Assembly: GCF_006345805.1 (NCBI RefSeq)
Contig: NC_042998.1
Location: 117,552,001 to 117,616,000, forward strand
Source of the DNA: Octopus sinensis
Lineage: Eukaryota
Reading direction: 5' to 3'
Length of the DNA stretch: 64,000 nt
Numbering within the stretch: the first letter of the stretch is position 1; the number at the start of each line of letters is the position of its first letter. The notes beneath the pieces were generated by a model. It ran no database searches. It was not told the origin of the DNA and saw nothing but the letters and a program-made list of their open reading frames with translations. This document shows, in pieces, positions 50,985 to 63,741 of the stretch. Position numbers and translations under genes: made by a program.

Positions 50985-53470
50985 GGCTCGTTATCGAGTA
51001 TGGCCATTACACGAAGCTTAACTGTTACTGGTGCTGTGATCGAATGTGACTTTTTAGCCCAGGTAAAGATCTACAATGTCTTGTACACAATTGGCAACTA
51101 AAACCTTTACTTGTAATAGCCGGCTGTAGTTGTAACTGGGCTTCATGTACCTTCGCATGTCATTTAAGTCCTCCTGCCGAATTACACTCTCTTCCACATG
51201 CCCGACAGATATGATTAGTATGGTGTGTTACACCACCACCAGTGGCCAGGTTGTCACTCATCTCTCTCGTTTTATGACTACGAAGATGACTCATGAGTCC
51301 AGGTTTACTGAGGCAGGGTCTTGCACAGACATTGCATGTCAGAATCAAAAGAAGACCCTTCCCTTCTGAAAGTGTAACAGCGATACCCTTCCTGACATCC
51401 CTTCTTACTTTCTCATGTGCAACTCGAGATTTCTCAAACGTGGCTGTCCCCTCATGCACAATCCTTCTCCACATGCTACGATCAATTTGCTATGCCTCCT
51501 CGTGTGTCAGGAGAGATCAAGCATCTCTTAAGGAAGGCTTCAGCAAGGCCTTATACCTCTTTTTTTTGTTTATGTGGAGGTTGTTCTCCTTTAGCTAACT
51601 ATCCATAAAAGAGTTGTTTTGGCATCCTTGAATCCTTCATTCTGACCAGATGACCACTCCATCTGAGCCTTTGCTTTAATACAAGAGCTTCTATACTTTC
51701 ACACCGAGAGCCTTCGAGTATTTCAAGATCACTGATGCGGTCCTTCCACTTAATGCTATAGATCCGTCTGAAGCACATCTGATGGAAACATTCCAGTTGT
51801 TTAAGGTGGTATCGATATGTGACCCACGTCTCGCAGGCATAGAGAAGAGAAGGGAGCACACATGCCTTGTACAACTTTATCTTTGTCTTTCTGCATATGT
51901 CTTGCCGACTCCAGAGGCGCTTTTCTAGCCTTCCGAAAGCAACACTTGCTTTCCTAATTCTATATGGAATTTCATCATCCACATTGCCATATCTATTAAT
52001 AGTGCTTCCCAGGTAGAAAAATTGATCGACTACATCGAGTCGTTTACCATTCACATAGATATTTAGTACACTATACTGCTTACCAGGGGCAGGTTGATGC
52101 ATGACAACAGTTTTCTTGAGATTGACTGTCAAACCTTAGGTAGTGCAAGCATCAGAGAATGCATTCAAAATGTGTTGCATATCAATCTCTGAGTGTGATA
52201 CTAGCTCACAATCATCAGCATACAAAAGGTCCCTCATGATAGAGGTAAATATCTTTCTTTTTGCACCAAGGCGCCTGAAATTAAATATGCTGCCAGAGGT
52301 TCGATAATGGAAGTAAACACCGTATCTGCAGTCTCTGAATGCAATACAGAACACCATCGCGAAATATATAGAAAATTGGGTCGGTGCCAGAATATCCCCC
52401 TGTTTCACTCCATTTTGTATTGAAATGGGCTCCGACATCTTCCCTCTAACATTCACCCTACCATTCATGTCTTCATAAAAAGACCTAACCAAAGCAAGGA
52501 ACTTTTCAGGACACCCAAGTTTCTGGAGGACTTTCCACAATGCTTTTCTATTGACGGTATCAAAGGCTTTTGTCAGATCGACAAACACCTGATACAAATC
52601 CAGACCCTGTTCCACACACTTTTCCTGACTCTGTCTAGCTAGCTGAAAAGATCATATCAGCAGTGCCATGTCCCACACGAAAGCCAGATTGACTTTCGGG
52701 AAGAACATAATCTGCAATGTATTTCAGCAGATGATCCAGGAGTATCCTGCATAAAAACCTTTCCTACAGCAGACAGCAATGATACTCCCCTATAATTACT
52801 ACAATCATTCCTGTTGCCCTTTCCCTTATACAGGACCACCATTACTGCATCTCTCCAGTCCTCAGGTACAGATTCACTAGTCCATACCTTACTAAACAAA
52901 GAGTGAAGTTTCTGCAGAATTTTCTCACCATCATGCTGTAACAACTCCGCATGTATGCCATCCATACCCGGAGACTTCCCATTATTCAACCTTAAGACAG
53001 CCATTGCAACTTCTTCCAACTTTGGTGGTTCTGCGAGTGCTGCCTTCACAGGCAATCCAGGGATGAGATTGAGAACATCCTCACTAACTACAGACTGCTG
53101 ATTCAAAAGTTCATCAAAGTGTTCTTGCCACCTTCGAAGAATTCCTCGTGAATCACGAAGAAGTTCTTTACCACACCTGCTTCGAATTGGTGTCATCAGG
53201 GAAGACGTCGGTCCATAAACTTCTCGCAAGGAACCATACAACAGCTTTGTGTTATTGGAATTTAATGCCGCCTGTATCTCGTCAGCCTTCTTACACCACC
53301 ACTTATCCCTCATCTGAGAGAGCTTTTGCCTCACACATGAATTTACTTCCTTGAGTTCCCTATGCAACACTTCCCTTTCCTGTGGCTTTGCTGACCAGCC
53401 AATAAATCATCTATATGTTCATCATTTTCTTTGAATCAATCTTGATGCTTTCTTTGTATCAATCCTAGAA
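50981..53470 (-). mobile_element. 5'-truncated RTE LINE with three C-terminal C2H2 fingers, flanked by (TA)n on both sides
   Basis: GKSPGMDGI, NYRGVSLLS, FVDLTKAFD, GVKQGDILAP, YADDC, FFYLGS, LLYACETW, LRWSGH; fingers CNVCARPCLSKPGLMSHLRSH, CRACGRECNSAGGLK*HAKVH, CQLCTRHCRSLPGLKSHIRSQH; a few frameshifts and stops. Confidence 0.96.
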
Positions 53471-53572
53471 TATATATACATACATACATATATATATATA
53501 AATACATACATGTATATACATACATACATACATATATCTATATATATATATTATATATATATATATATGTAT

Positions 53573-53641
<69 letters not shown>

Positions 53642-53878
53642 TAGAGATAAAACGACAATTATGCAATTCAAACAATGATAGACATAAACCAAACCATAAG
53701 TAACGAATAAAATATATTTTATAAAACATAACTAGATCACAAATGTATAAAAGTGAATAATCAATATATAATAATTATCTCTAACTTATATTTTACATAT
53801 TCATATTGTGAAATTTGATTTAAGACTAAATTGAATCTTTCCCTGTAAGTTTCGAGTTATACTCCCTAATATTATATA

Positions 53879-53963
<85 letters not shown>

Positions 53964-54311
53964 GTGTGTGTGTGTGTGTGTACGTAAATATCGAACGATG
54001 AAAATTAGTCCGAAACACCGCATTAAAATTTCTTTGTGCATTTAAAAAAATTTAACAATATCTTAATATCTTTGCAAATTTCCCAACTTATCACATGGAA
54101 GTATGGCGTTCATCTCCATTTTGGATAAACACAAATTTACGTTGATTCTGTAGAAAATACTTTAAAGTAAACAATAAGCCAAGGTGTGCTACCCTTGGAT
54201 GACATCTTTTGATTGGTTATCTCCATTTTGTATGACACTTGGGCAAACAACCGTGTCGGATAGCAAATTAGTTTGCACTATGATACATTCTGTGTGCATG
54301 TGATGTTCGTA

Positions 54312-55561
54312 CGAGGGGCGTTCAATAAGTAATGCCCCTGACCCACTTCCCATAGCAGTAGAGAAACGACACTTGGCACAGTTATTAGTCTTTTCCTACA
54401 TAGGAACTACCCAGAGTTATGCATTTCTCCCATCGTTTGATACAGCTCTGGAGACCGTTTTTGTAGAAGACCCCAGCTTGGTCCTCCAACCACGACGTGA
54501 CTTCAGAAATCAAGGCTGCATCATCTGGGAAACGCTTCCCTTTCAAAATCAACTTCATGGCTGGGAAGAGGTGAAAATCAGAGGGTCCAAGGTCAGGAGT
54601 TCATAGCTGCACGCCTGTGCCTCTGATCTGGCGACACGCGAGTTGTGGACCGGAGCGTTGTCCTGCAGGAGGAGCATGCCTTTGCTGATCTTGCCCCGTC
54701 TCTTGATTTCCTCAAAAGTGAAGCATAATAGGCTCCTGTAATTGTGGTACCCTTTGCCAGGAAATCTGTCATCACTACTCCGTCCTGGTCCTAGAAGACT
54801 GTGAGCATAACCTTGTCAGCGGAGGGCTGCACCCTTGCCTTCTTTGGAGGAGGTGAGTCACGGTGCTTTCACTGCATTGACTGGGCTTTGGTCTATGGAT
54901 CATAGTGATGGACCCAGGTTTTATCCTGTGTGATCAGTCTTTTGAAAAATTTTGACTCATCTTCTTGGCACATCTCCAAATTCATCCTCGAGCACTCGAC
55001 GCAGTCTTGCTTCTGGAAAGGCGTGAGCAACCTGGGAATCCATCTGGCAGACACCTTTTGCATATGCAAATGGTCATGAATGATAGTTTCTACAGACCCG
55101 GTACTAATCTGGACCTTATGGGCTATTTGGCGAATAGTTATGCGTTGACCTTCCAAAATGGCAGCCTCAACTTGACGGAAAGACGTCTCATCAACGGCAG
55201 AAGAGGGCAACCAGTTCTGGGAGCTGTTTCCACAGAGTTCCGACTATGTTTGAATTCACAATGCCAGCGTTTTACTAGGTCATATGATGGGGCATCATCA
55301 CCATAAGTTACTTTCATTTCATCAAAAGTCTCCCATGGTGTGCGTCCTTTCAAATACAAAAACCAGATCACTGCTCGACACTCAACAGGCTCCATTTCAC
55401 ACTTGACTCAGTTCAAACACCTGTAAATCAGAAACCACAATCAGTTCAGAGCTGTAATTCGCCACGTAATCTATAGAGGTATAAAAATGTGCACATGCAA
55501 ATCTCAGCTAGATCAAACAACTGCAAGTGGGCCAGAGGCATTACTTATTGAACGCCCCTCG
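54312..55561 (-). mobile_element. Full-length mariner element with 25-bp TIRs, TA TSD and a disrupted transposase
   Basis: TIR CGAGGGGCGTTCAATAAGTAATGCC at both ends; TA at 54310-54311 and 55562-55563. The transposase from ATG 55395 reads WIPRLL, ITQDKTW, QDNAP, PDLGPSDFHLF, with frameshifts, stops and small deletions. Confidence 0.97.
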
Positions 55562-55643
55562 TATGTGTGTGTGTGCTGAGGTGTTCGTCATAAGGGCATA
55601 TTTCCTGCTTATGCGGTGTTCATGTGTAACGTATATCCAAATT

Positions 55644-56069
55644 TCACGTTCCAGGAAGGAGCTTTCCTGGCCGGATCAGCAGCACAGCTGGTGGTTCCTC
55701 TTTGAAGTGTTTAAGTGGGAAATATTGCTGCTGTATGCAGGAGGAGAAGCATTCGTTCCTGATATTTAGGATGATATATAGTTTTTCAGTGATACAGAGT
55801 TTACATTTGTTTCTTCGTACCCCGTATTTTCTGGTTTTAGCAATGATATTCCACTTTATGCGGAGGTTACTTATTCCAGCTTCTTTCAGTGGGCATATAT
55901 TTGATAGGGATATCGCGCGTTTTTCTCTGAATTATGCCAGATGTTGTGTATACCTTTTCTTGAACGAGTTTCCCGTCATTCTGATATTCGTCTTTCGTAC
56001 TCCGTTGAGATCCGAGATCTTGGACTTGTGTACAAGTTCTTTTTCTTGACAATTGTTGTCTAGAGGGCA
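55644..56069 (-). mobile_element. Penelope-like element GIY-YIG endonuclease fragment lacking CCHH (C-terminal CxxC type)
   Basis: Manual translation (absent from the ORF track): CPLDNNCQEKELVHK...IRMTGNSFKKRYTQHLA*F...LKEAGISNLRIKWNIIAKTRKY...KCKLCITEKLYI; one internal stop. Confidence 0.85.
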
Positions 56070-58123
56070 GCGGTTTGGAGATCTGTATGTATGTATGCAT
56101 GTATGTATACATATGTATATATGTACTTATGTACGTATGTATGCATGCATATATGTATGTAGAGAGAGAGAGAGAGAGAAGAGAGAGAGATTCAGACTAC
56201 AGACATACACACACACTTTTATATGTAAAGACAAGGTGTATTGACGTATATGTTTCGATATATTTTCTTGCCATATTTATACGCCGTCGTATACCTCTTC
56301 CTGTCGTAAATATAACTACCAAGATGTGTGTATTATTATCTTGTATTATTTATTTCTTTTATATTTACAAGAGATAATATCATAGCTGAAAATTATTTAT
56401 GTTATGCAAGTAGTGTTAGCATGCGTTTCTAGTTGATTCGCATATACACATTAAATTTGATTTACAACACGTAGTTTACATTGAATTCACGATTATTCCT
56501 GCACATGTGTAAAGCGATCTATTAATCACATTGAAATATTCTTGGTAATTATAAATTGAAGCATGATGACACCAATGGTTGGAAGTTTTGCAAATATTTT
56601 CTTCTAAATTTTCAAATGGTTTATTTACCCTACACGTATAGATATACTGTACACACATAATGGCCTATCAAGGAGACATTAATATATCTTAAATACTAAG
56701 AGACATTTAATTTGCTCAGTCACCACCGTACCTATACTCTCAGTATTATTTCATATTACAAGTGTGATGGGCCATGAAATCATACACGCAGACGTAAACC
56801 AGTATTAGTGGTTCCAGGTTTTCATTTCATTGCTCTTAGAAAATGTATGATTTCATAAAAATCTAGACAACTTTATTCATCTGCCAGTAATATATTACTT
56901 GATCCACATTAGTCATCTCTTTATTCAAAATGATATATACATAGCGTTCCGATTATATACTAATAGAGGAATAGTTGATCCCCAGTTCTAGACAAGGAAT
57001 GATATAAATGCTGCTAGGCTATAATTTGAAATAATCTAATAAAGATGCATTGTATTCACACTGTGCAACTCACAGCAGTTTCAATCATGAACGGCATATC
57101 GAAAACATGCAGGGAGGAAAGTAGTACTGTTAATGTGGAAGTGGTAATAAAGCTGATGATGTGGTGAGAAATGAGACATATGTCTTGTCCTGCACAACGC
57201 AAGTGGAAATTGTAATAGACTTATGATAAAGATCATAATGCCGAAGAAGGCGACAACTTCAACTACGATGATAATGATCCTTGTAACGAGTCCTCTTGTA
57301 CAGAGTCTGCCTCATTTCTACACGCCAAATACAAATACATTGCAATGATAATATATCCCTGCTACAAACAATTAATGATTTTATTCAGTATTATTACTGA
57401 TAGTTATGTGGAAAAAAGTGTAATGATTGCTGCAATATAACTAGAGAGTTTTTTCACAATTCATGATTAGTTACATAAAAATTACAGATACAAATTTTAT
57501 ACGATGAAAGCATTCCAGTGTTATAGGATCATCAGCAGAGAATGAGCGCCATTTCGGGGCATTCTTTTCAAAGCCGTTATTACGTACCAACCGTTGCAAT
57601 GACACTTGCTAGGTCAACTGACAACTAGGTCTCACTAAATATGCTCCTAGTCATAGTTTTCTTTCAATCTACCTGTCTGCTCTCCCTCCTCTATATTTAT
57701 CTAACTTTCTCTCTCTCTCTCTCACTCACTTACTCTCTCTCTATATATATATATATGTATGTATGTATGTATGTACGTATGTATGTATGCATGTATGTAT
57801 GTATGTATGTGTGTGAATGTGTGTGAATGCGTGGGTGTGTACATGTATACATGTGTGTTTGTGTGTTTGTGTGTGAGAGAGAGAGAGTGATGTAGAGAGA
57901 GGGGAAGAGAGAGAGCGAGAAAAGGGGCACTTGTTTATCCATAAAAGTTAGAATTTACCAAAGTGCTTGGGCGCTGTAGACATCTTTGCTGATTTTGGTT
58001 TAGCAACTATTATCGTAATTTCATGTATGTTATTGTGCAAAATTTGCGATACCTTATAGAAATGAATTTCACTGTTTCATACCATTTACCAGTGTGCACG
58101 CATTGAATAATATAGGCAGATCA

Positions 58124-58156
<33 letters not shown>

Positions 58157-58166
58157 TCTCTCTCTG

Positions 58167-58214
<48 letters not shown>

Positions 58215-58274
58215 CATACATATTATAAAACACAAGCATGGATGAATTATTTTATATATATATATATATATATA

Positions 58275-59459
58275 CCCATGCCTATTTCCCTAGGGACAGG
58301 TAGCCAAATCAAGGCACACACCAGACATTCCATACATTTCCCAGCTCTAAGAAGCGAGCCCCGTTCTATCCTCGGGTCAACCCATAGAACGCAACCACCA
58401 ATATCAGAAGCGGGGCTCGACAGCATATGCTGGTTTTTCCCCCGCATATCATGCTGGTTTCTTATCACTTTGAGCAACATCAAATTCACTCATCAATCCA
58501 CAAACACTCTCCCAGCTTTCCTATCATTTGTAAACTCTCTTGCCTCTCTCACCCCAACACTTGTAACCACCAAAGCTTTATTCACTCCATCCATCCACAC
58601 AAACCCATGTCTGCCCTTGATTCTTGTACCTACCATTTCTGCCTTCATCACCCTCCTAAACATTCGCTCATCACCCATAGAGAAAGTAGTGTGTGCGTTT
58701 TGGGTGGGTGGTGAAGCTAGTGAGTAGTGTGATGTGCTGATAGGGTTAAGACAAGGTTAAGTGATGTCTCCGTGACTGTTTAATTTATATATGAATGGTG
58801 TGGTGAGAGAAGTAAATGCTAAAACCTTTGGTAGGGGAGCCCAAATGGTGGGAGAAAATGGAAAGAAATGGAAGGTGAGTCAGTTGTTGTCTACTGATGA
58901 TAGCGCACTGGTGTCGGATTCGGAAGTGCAACTGAGGAGACTGGTGTTAAAGTTTGGAAGAGTGTGTGAGAGGGGGAAACTGAAAGTGAATGCAGCTAAG
59001 AGTAAGGTGATGAGATGTCCGAGAGATGGGGTGGCTGGTAGGATGGATGTGTGTATAAATAGTGGGATGTTAGAGGAGGTGAGTCCTTTTAAGTATCTAG
59101 GATCACATGTGACGGTGGATGAGGGATGGCTCAAGAAGTGGGATATAGAGTGAGGGAGAGCAGTACGATACTTGGAGTTGTGAAGGACAGGCTGAGAGAT
59201 AAAAGATTGAGTATGAAAGCGAAAAGATGTGTGTATGAGGGCGTGATTATGCCGACAATGTTATATGGTGCAGAGTCGTAGAAAGAAGAGATGCAGAAAG
59301 AAGGCGACTAGATGTGTTTCATATGAGATGTCTGAGGGCTATTATCTGTGTGAAATGGAAAGACAAGATGAAGAATGAGGAGATGCGAAGGCGAGCAGAA
59401 TAAGTGGAAAGCTAACAACCAACATGGTTACACGAATGTTGAGGTGGTTTGGCCATATA
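58275..59459 (-). mobile_element. RTE LINE insertion with an inverted 5' part
   Basis: 58678-58275 (minus) encodes MGDERMFRRVMKAEMVGTRIKGR... plus a 3' UTR and (TA)n tail. 58677-59459 (plus) encodes RESSVCV..GLRQG..LLSTDDSAL..FKYLGS..LYGAES..RCLR..LRWFGHI. Confidence 0.92.
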
Positions 59460-61185
59460 AATTAGTACTTATTGTTAATATTGATAAGAATTCAATGTGT
59501 GCGTCATTCCTACACTATGTTGAATCACGTGTTCCAAATGAAATGCATATTAATTTTCCCTTGCCATTAATTTGTTTTTTATGGATTTCAATACAACTCC
59601 ACATATTTGTGATGAAATACTATTAAAATTCTTTATATTTACAAACATTGACCTCTTAATAGGTATAAACTATCGTCCTGGTATTTATGCATATGCGATA
59701 TTCACACAGTATAACCATACAGAAACATATACACACACATGCACGCACACACACATACACGTATATATGTCTGTATGCATTTAGGTCTGCATGTATGCGT
59801 GTAAGCATTTATGTGTACAGAAAGGCGAGCACGTGCATATAATTTTATGTACATATTTGTGAGTTTATAGTGCTGTGTGTATCCGTTTTTTATTAAATTA
59901 CATCTTACGTATCAGTTAAATAAGAGTATAGACTCGCTTGTGCTACATGTGAGGCATATACTTCTTTTCTTGCATGTAATATATAATTGCGAAAAACCGA
60001 AAACATTTCGATTCATTTTTCTCGTATCTATTATTTATCTCTTTAAAACTATGCATAGTTCCATTTCCATCACTTACTGTGTGTGTTTTCTGTAAATAAT
60101 TCATAGAGAACAACGTCTTAAAATATTCATTCTACTTGCAAGTCAGTTTTTACGTTGCTATATTCCCTTACTACGACAGCTAATAACTTCTGTTGTTAAG
60201 ATTTAATCACTAAGGAATTGTTCCAAGCGTTGTTATTAATTTATGCACATTATTGTTACATATATATTATGGTGAAAAATAATTGTTATATTTTAACTTA
60301 TTTTCTCAGCTTCACTTTTTTCGTAAACCAACTATTTACCAAGAGGTTTTATTATTAAAATTTTATAAGTTTTCGAACCTGTGTAACACTCAGTTTTCTT
60401 TTATGTTTAGGCATTCTTTAGGTATTTGAAAATCGACAATTATATATCATTGAACAGGTTTTATCCCATTAATGTTTAAGCATGAGAGTTATGTTTCACT
60501 TTTCTATGCGTCAAAAAAAAAAATTAGATAAAAAAACAAAACATATCACATGGGTTTGTACAGAATGTAACAAACTCCAATTTTGCCCTTAGCATTTCTT
60601 TAGATAAGTATGGAATTTAAACATTTCCCAAATGACAAGTTAGAGAAAGTAATATAAATCATTTTCTTTGATGGTGACAAAAATATCCGTAAACTAAATT
60701 GCACGAAAATGAAGATATGCGGGAAAGAAAATGTTCATACAGACATATGTTCATACAGACATAAATTCAAGCTTACACATATTTACAGGTACATACGTTC
60801 ATGCATGCGTATATACATGTGTAGGCGCCTGCATGCGCGCTTGCGTGTGCGTATGGGTGTGCATATGTATATATATATATATATATATACATAGGTATAT
60901 GTATATGCATGTATCTTTGTATGTATATATATATATATATATATTAAAATGAATATTAATATAAGTAAAACAGTAGAAAACAAACAAATGGTAAAATAGA
61001 TCATAGAAGCAGACAAGGTAAACATCCTGGAAAAGTGGAGAAATAGAATCGATAACAAGAATAGAATGAAAGAATGTACGGGGAAGTGAATGCACCAATT
61101 AAATATATAGAAAGGATTATAATATTTGCATGACAACTTTGAATGAAAAGCGAAAACGATAAGGGTGAATAAAAGCATGTGTGTG

Positions 61186-62150
61186 TATGCTGAGTTTGAC
61201 CACCTCTTATAATTACACCTTAGATCCATCATGGTGTCTGATGCGGATTTTTAAACCAGACAATATATTGAAAAGACACCTACATAGATTGCATATCCGA
61301 TTTCGAACACCAAGAGCTGCAGATAAATTCTGAAGCCTCCGTTAGATTTGCAGACCTTATGACATATACGACATTGGAAGGTGTGCACAGGTATATAGGT
61401 AGAATATTTGGTGGAGGTTCGCTTTTCGTGGGTCTGCAAATGAGATTTAGAACCAGAAAAAGAAAGGCACGGTCTGTTACAAACTGCACAAAGAAAAGAG
61501 CACTGAGATTCATCTTTTCGATCACAACATACTTTTAAAAATTTCTCTTGAGTCTTGCATGGCCCCTTCAAACGCATTCACTCAACTCCAAACTTTTGTT
61601 CGCCATTCTCTCTCCTCGATCCGAAACAAGGATTTCTATGCCCTTTGGATCCATTCCAGGTGGCTTCATGGTAGTTCTTATGCCGTCCTTAAGCCCCTCT
61701 TTTTAGGTTTAGACTGATTGCGTTTTCCCCTCTGCAAGGTCGCCAAAAAAAAAAGCTGTTTGGACGTGCGTTCTGTCTGCCGTTCACACAATATAGTCAT
61801 ACCATCTCATTTGGTTTTTCAGAATCATTTATTTAATTGAAGTGATGTCTGCAGACGCAAAGACGTTTGTGTCTGAAGTAAAAAAAAAAAAAAACACATT
61901 TTATTTTCAAAATGCGGCGAAAGCATTTTTGGTGAAATCATTCTCACAATTTGAAATGTCTTTAATAACACGTCCATGTTTCAGAAGAATACAGCAGTGA
62001 TGGTAAGACAAACGATTTATAAAGAGCCAATTTTGTGTTGTTGTTTATATGTAGTTGACGCCAAACACGTGACTCCAAACTCCCAAATGCTTGTGCTGCC
62101 CTTTGAATTCGCAGAGGTAAACAGAAAAAAAATAACGATTTTTTTGTCTT
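61186..62150 (-). mobile_element. Decayed RTE 3' fragment, same family as 45366-47255
   Basis: Shares TGCTGCCCTTTGAATT and the three fingers CAVCNRPCLS, CRICHKVCKSNGG, CNLCRCLFNILSGLK. Confidence 0.85.
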
Positions 62151-62384
62151 TACCTGCGTGAGTTGTAGAGTGATATCTTATGGTAGTGGAATAATATTTA
62201 ACTGCTATTTCTAAATTGGGGTACGTCGTGAAGCAAATTTTGCTGAACCCTAATTATAATTGGGCTTATAATTATAGAATTTTTGTATAAGGTTACCGAT
62301 AATGGTTCTTTTAACATATCGAACTACTTGGTAAACTTATTAATGATTAATTGATTAATTAATTTTACCCTTTATTATTATTGA

Positions 62385-62437
<53 letters not shown>

Positions 62438-62459
62438 AGACAAGGTATAATAATAGCGT

Positions 62460-62992
62460 TATTTTTTCCTTTGTTGTAGTAAATTTGAAGTGGATTCCTT
62501 TACTAATCTAAACAATATTGTTAGCCTGGTGTACTAAAAAAGTGTTTATAACGTATGTTGCCTGGATTGATAATGTTCTGCCTAATAATTCTGTCCTTTG
62601 ATGAATCTCTGCATGAGTACATATAGAAATGTACCGTGCACACAAGGGGAGGGCCCTTTGTTTATATTGGGTAGACGGCTGATTCAATTAAGAATCGTTA
62701 TCGTAACAATGTTGCCAGCTTTAAGACAATCAATAAGAGACATTCAACATCTTTGGCAGATTTTGTATGGCGAATGAAGGAGGATAAAACGAAGTCCAGC
62801 ATTAACTGGTCCATAGTAATGTATACGAAACCATACTATATAATTTCCAGGAGATGCCGACTCTGCAACGAGGAATCCCTTTCTATTCTGTGGACTAACG
62901 AGAAGATAATTAATAGAATTTCTGAACGACTCACGAGATACTTACGCGCATATAAATGTACTTTCGCACAATGCAGTGAGAATGAAGTTTGA
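62460..62992 (+). mobile_element. Penelope-like element GIY-YIG endonuclease fragment lacking CCHH
   Basis: CPL..LC, then FVYIG*TADSIKNRYRNNVASF...HSTSLADFVWRMKE...INWSIV...KPY...RRCRLCNEESLSI...INRISE. Confidence 0.85.
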
Positions 62993-63414
62993 GTAACCGT
63001 TAACTTAACTTAATTTACTTGAAGCTATAGACGACTTAAGTTTTCTTTTAACCTCTCCATTCTTATAAACACCAAGTAGATAACTAACTCGCTTTGTGAT
63101 CATGAGTACACCAAACTACAGGTGTGTGTATGCTCACATTTTTGCGGATGCTTGTAACATGAGTGTACGCGCGCCATGCTGATTTCCCGAGGGCGTTCAT
63201 ACATTCATATATGTTAACGGTTATTTTAAATACTTTACGTGCTGGATTGCGTGTTCGTTTCGCTTTTTGTCATCTGTGATTTTATTTTTGATTTTCTATA
63301 TAAATGAAGATGCTTTCTCCGTCTGGTTTCTTTTCTCTCTACAGAACGAGTGATATTTATCACCGGAGGAGATACATCTGCACCACTGAATTCTCCTGAA
63401 CCAGTTGCTGAGTG

Positions 63415-63462
63415 TCCCACCCATGAGGAATCGATGCTAGATGTGTCGAAACAATTGTCGTG
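63415..63462 (+). ncRNA. Degenerate hammerhead motif in the PLE tail
   Basis: CCCATGA...TC-GAAAC-AATT-GT-C-GTG: the ACAATTGT palindrome and GUC are intact but the core is mutated. Confidence 0.35.
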
Positions 63463-63507
63463 ATTAATAATAAATTCTCGTATATTCTATTTTCTGTCTT
63501 TCATTTG

Positions 63508-63544
<37 letters not shown>

Positions 63545-63741
63545 TCAGTAATAATAATCATTAATTTCACCAAGTAGATTTCGGCATGTAAAAGGGGGAG
63601 GGGGTTGGTGACACAAACTTTCATTCACACTTTGAATGTGGTGATACTGGTAACGGCTTTAGCTCGCTTTGATACTATGAGTTGAGGTGATGTCTTCTAG
63701 TACCTCGAAATTTAATATACAATTATTCATAATTGTAGAGT

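Noticed and set aside
53840-54025. Partial hammerhead-like motifs (GAGT-ATA-ACTC-GAAAC on minus; ACGATGA...CCGAAAC on plus)
   Set aside because: The core is missing or mutated and the helices are incomplete; vestiges at best.
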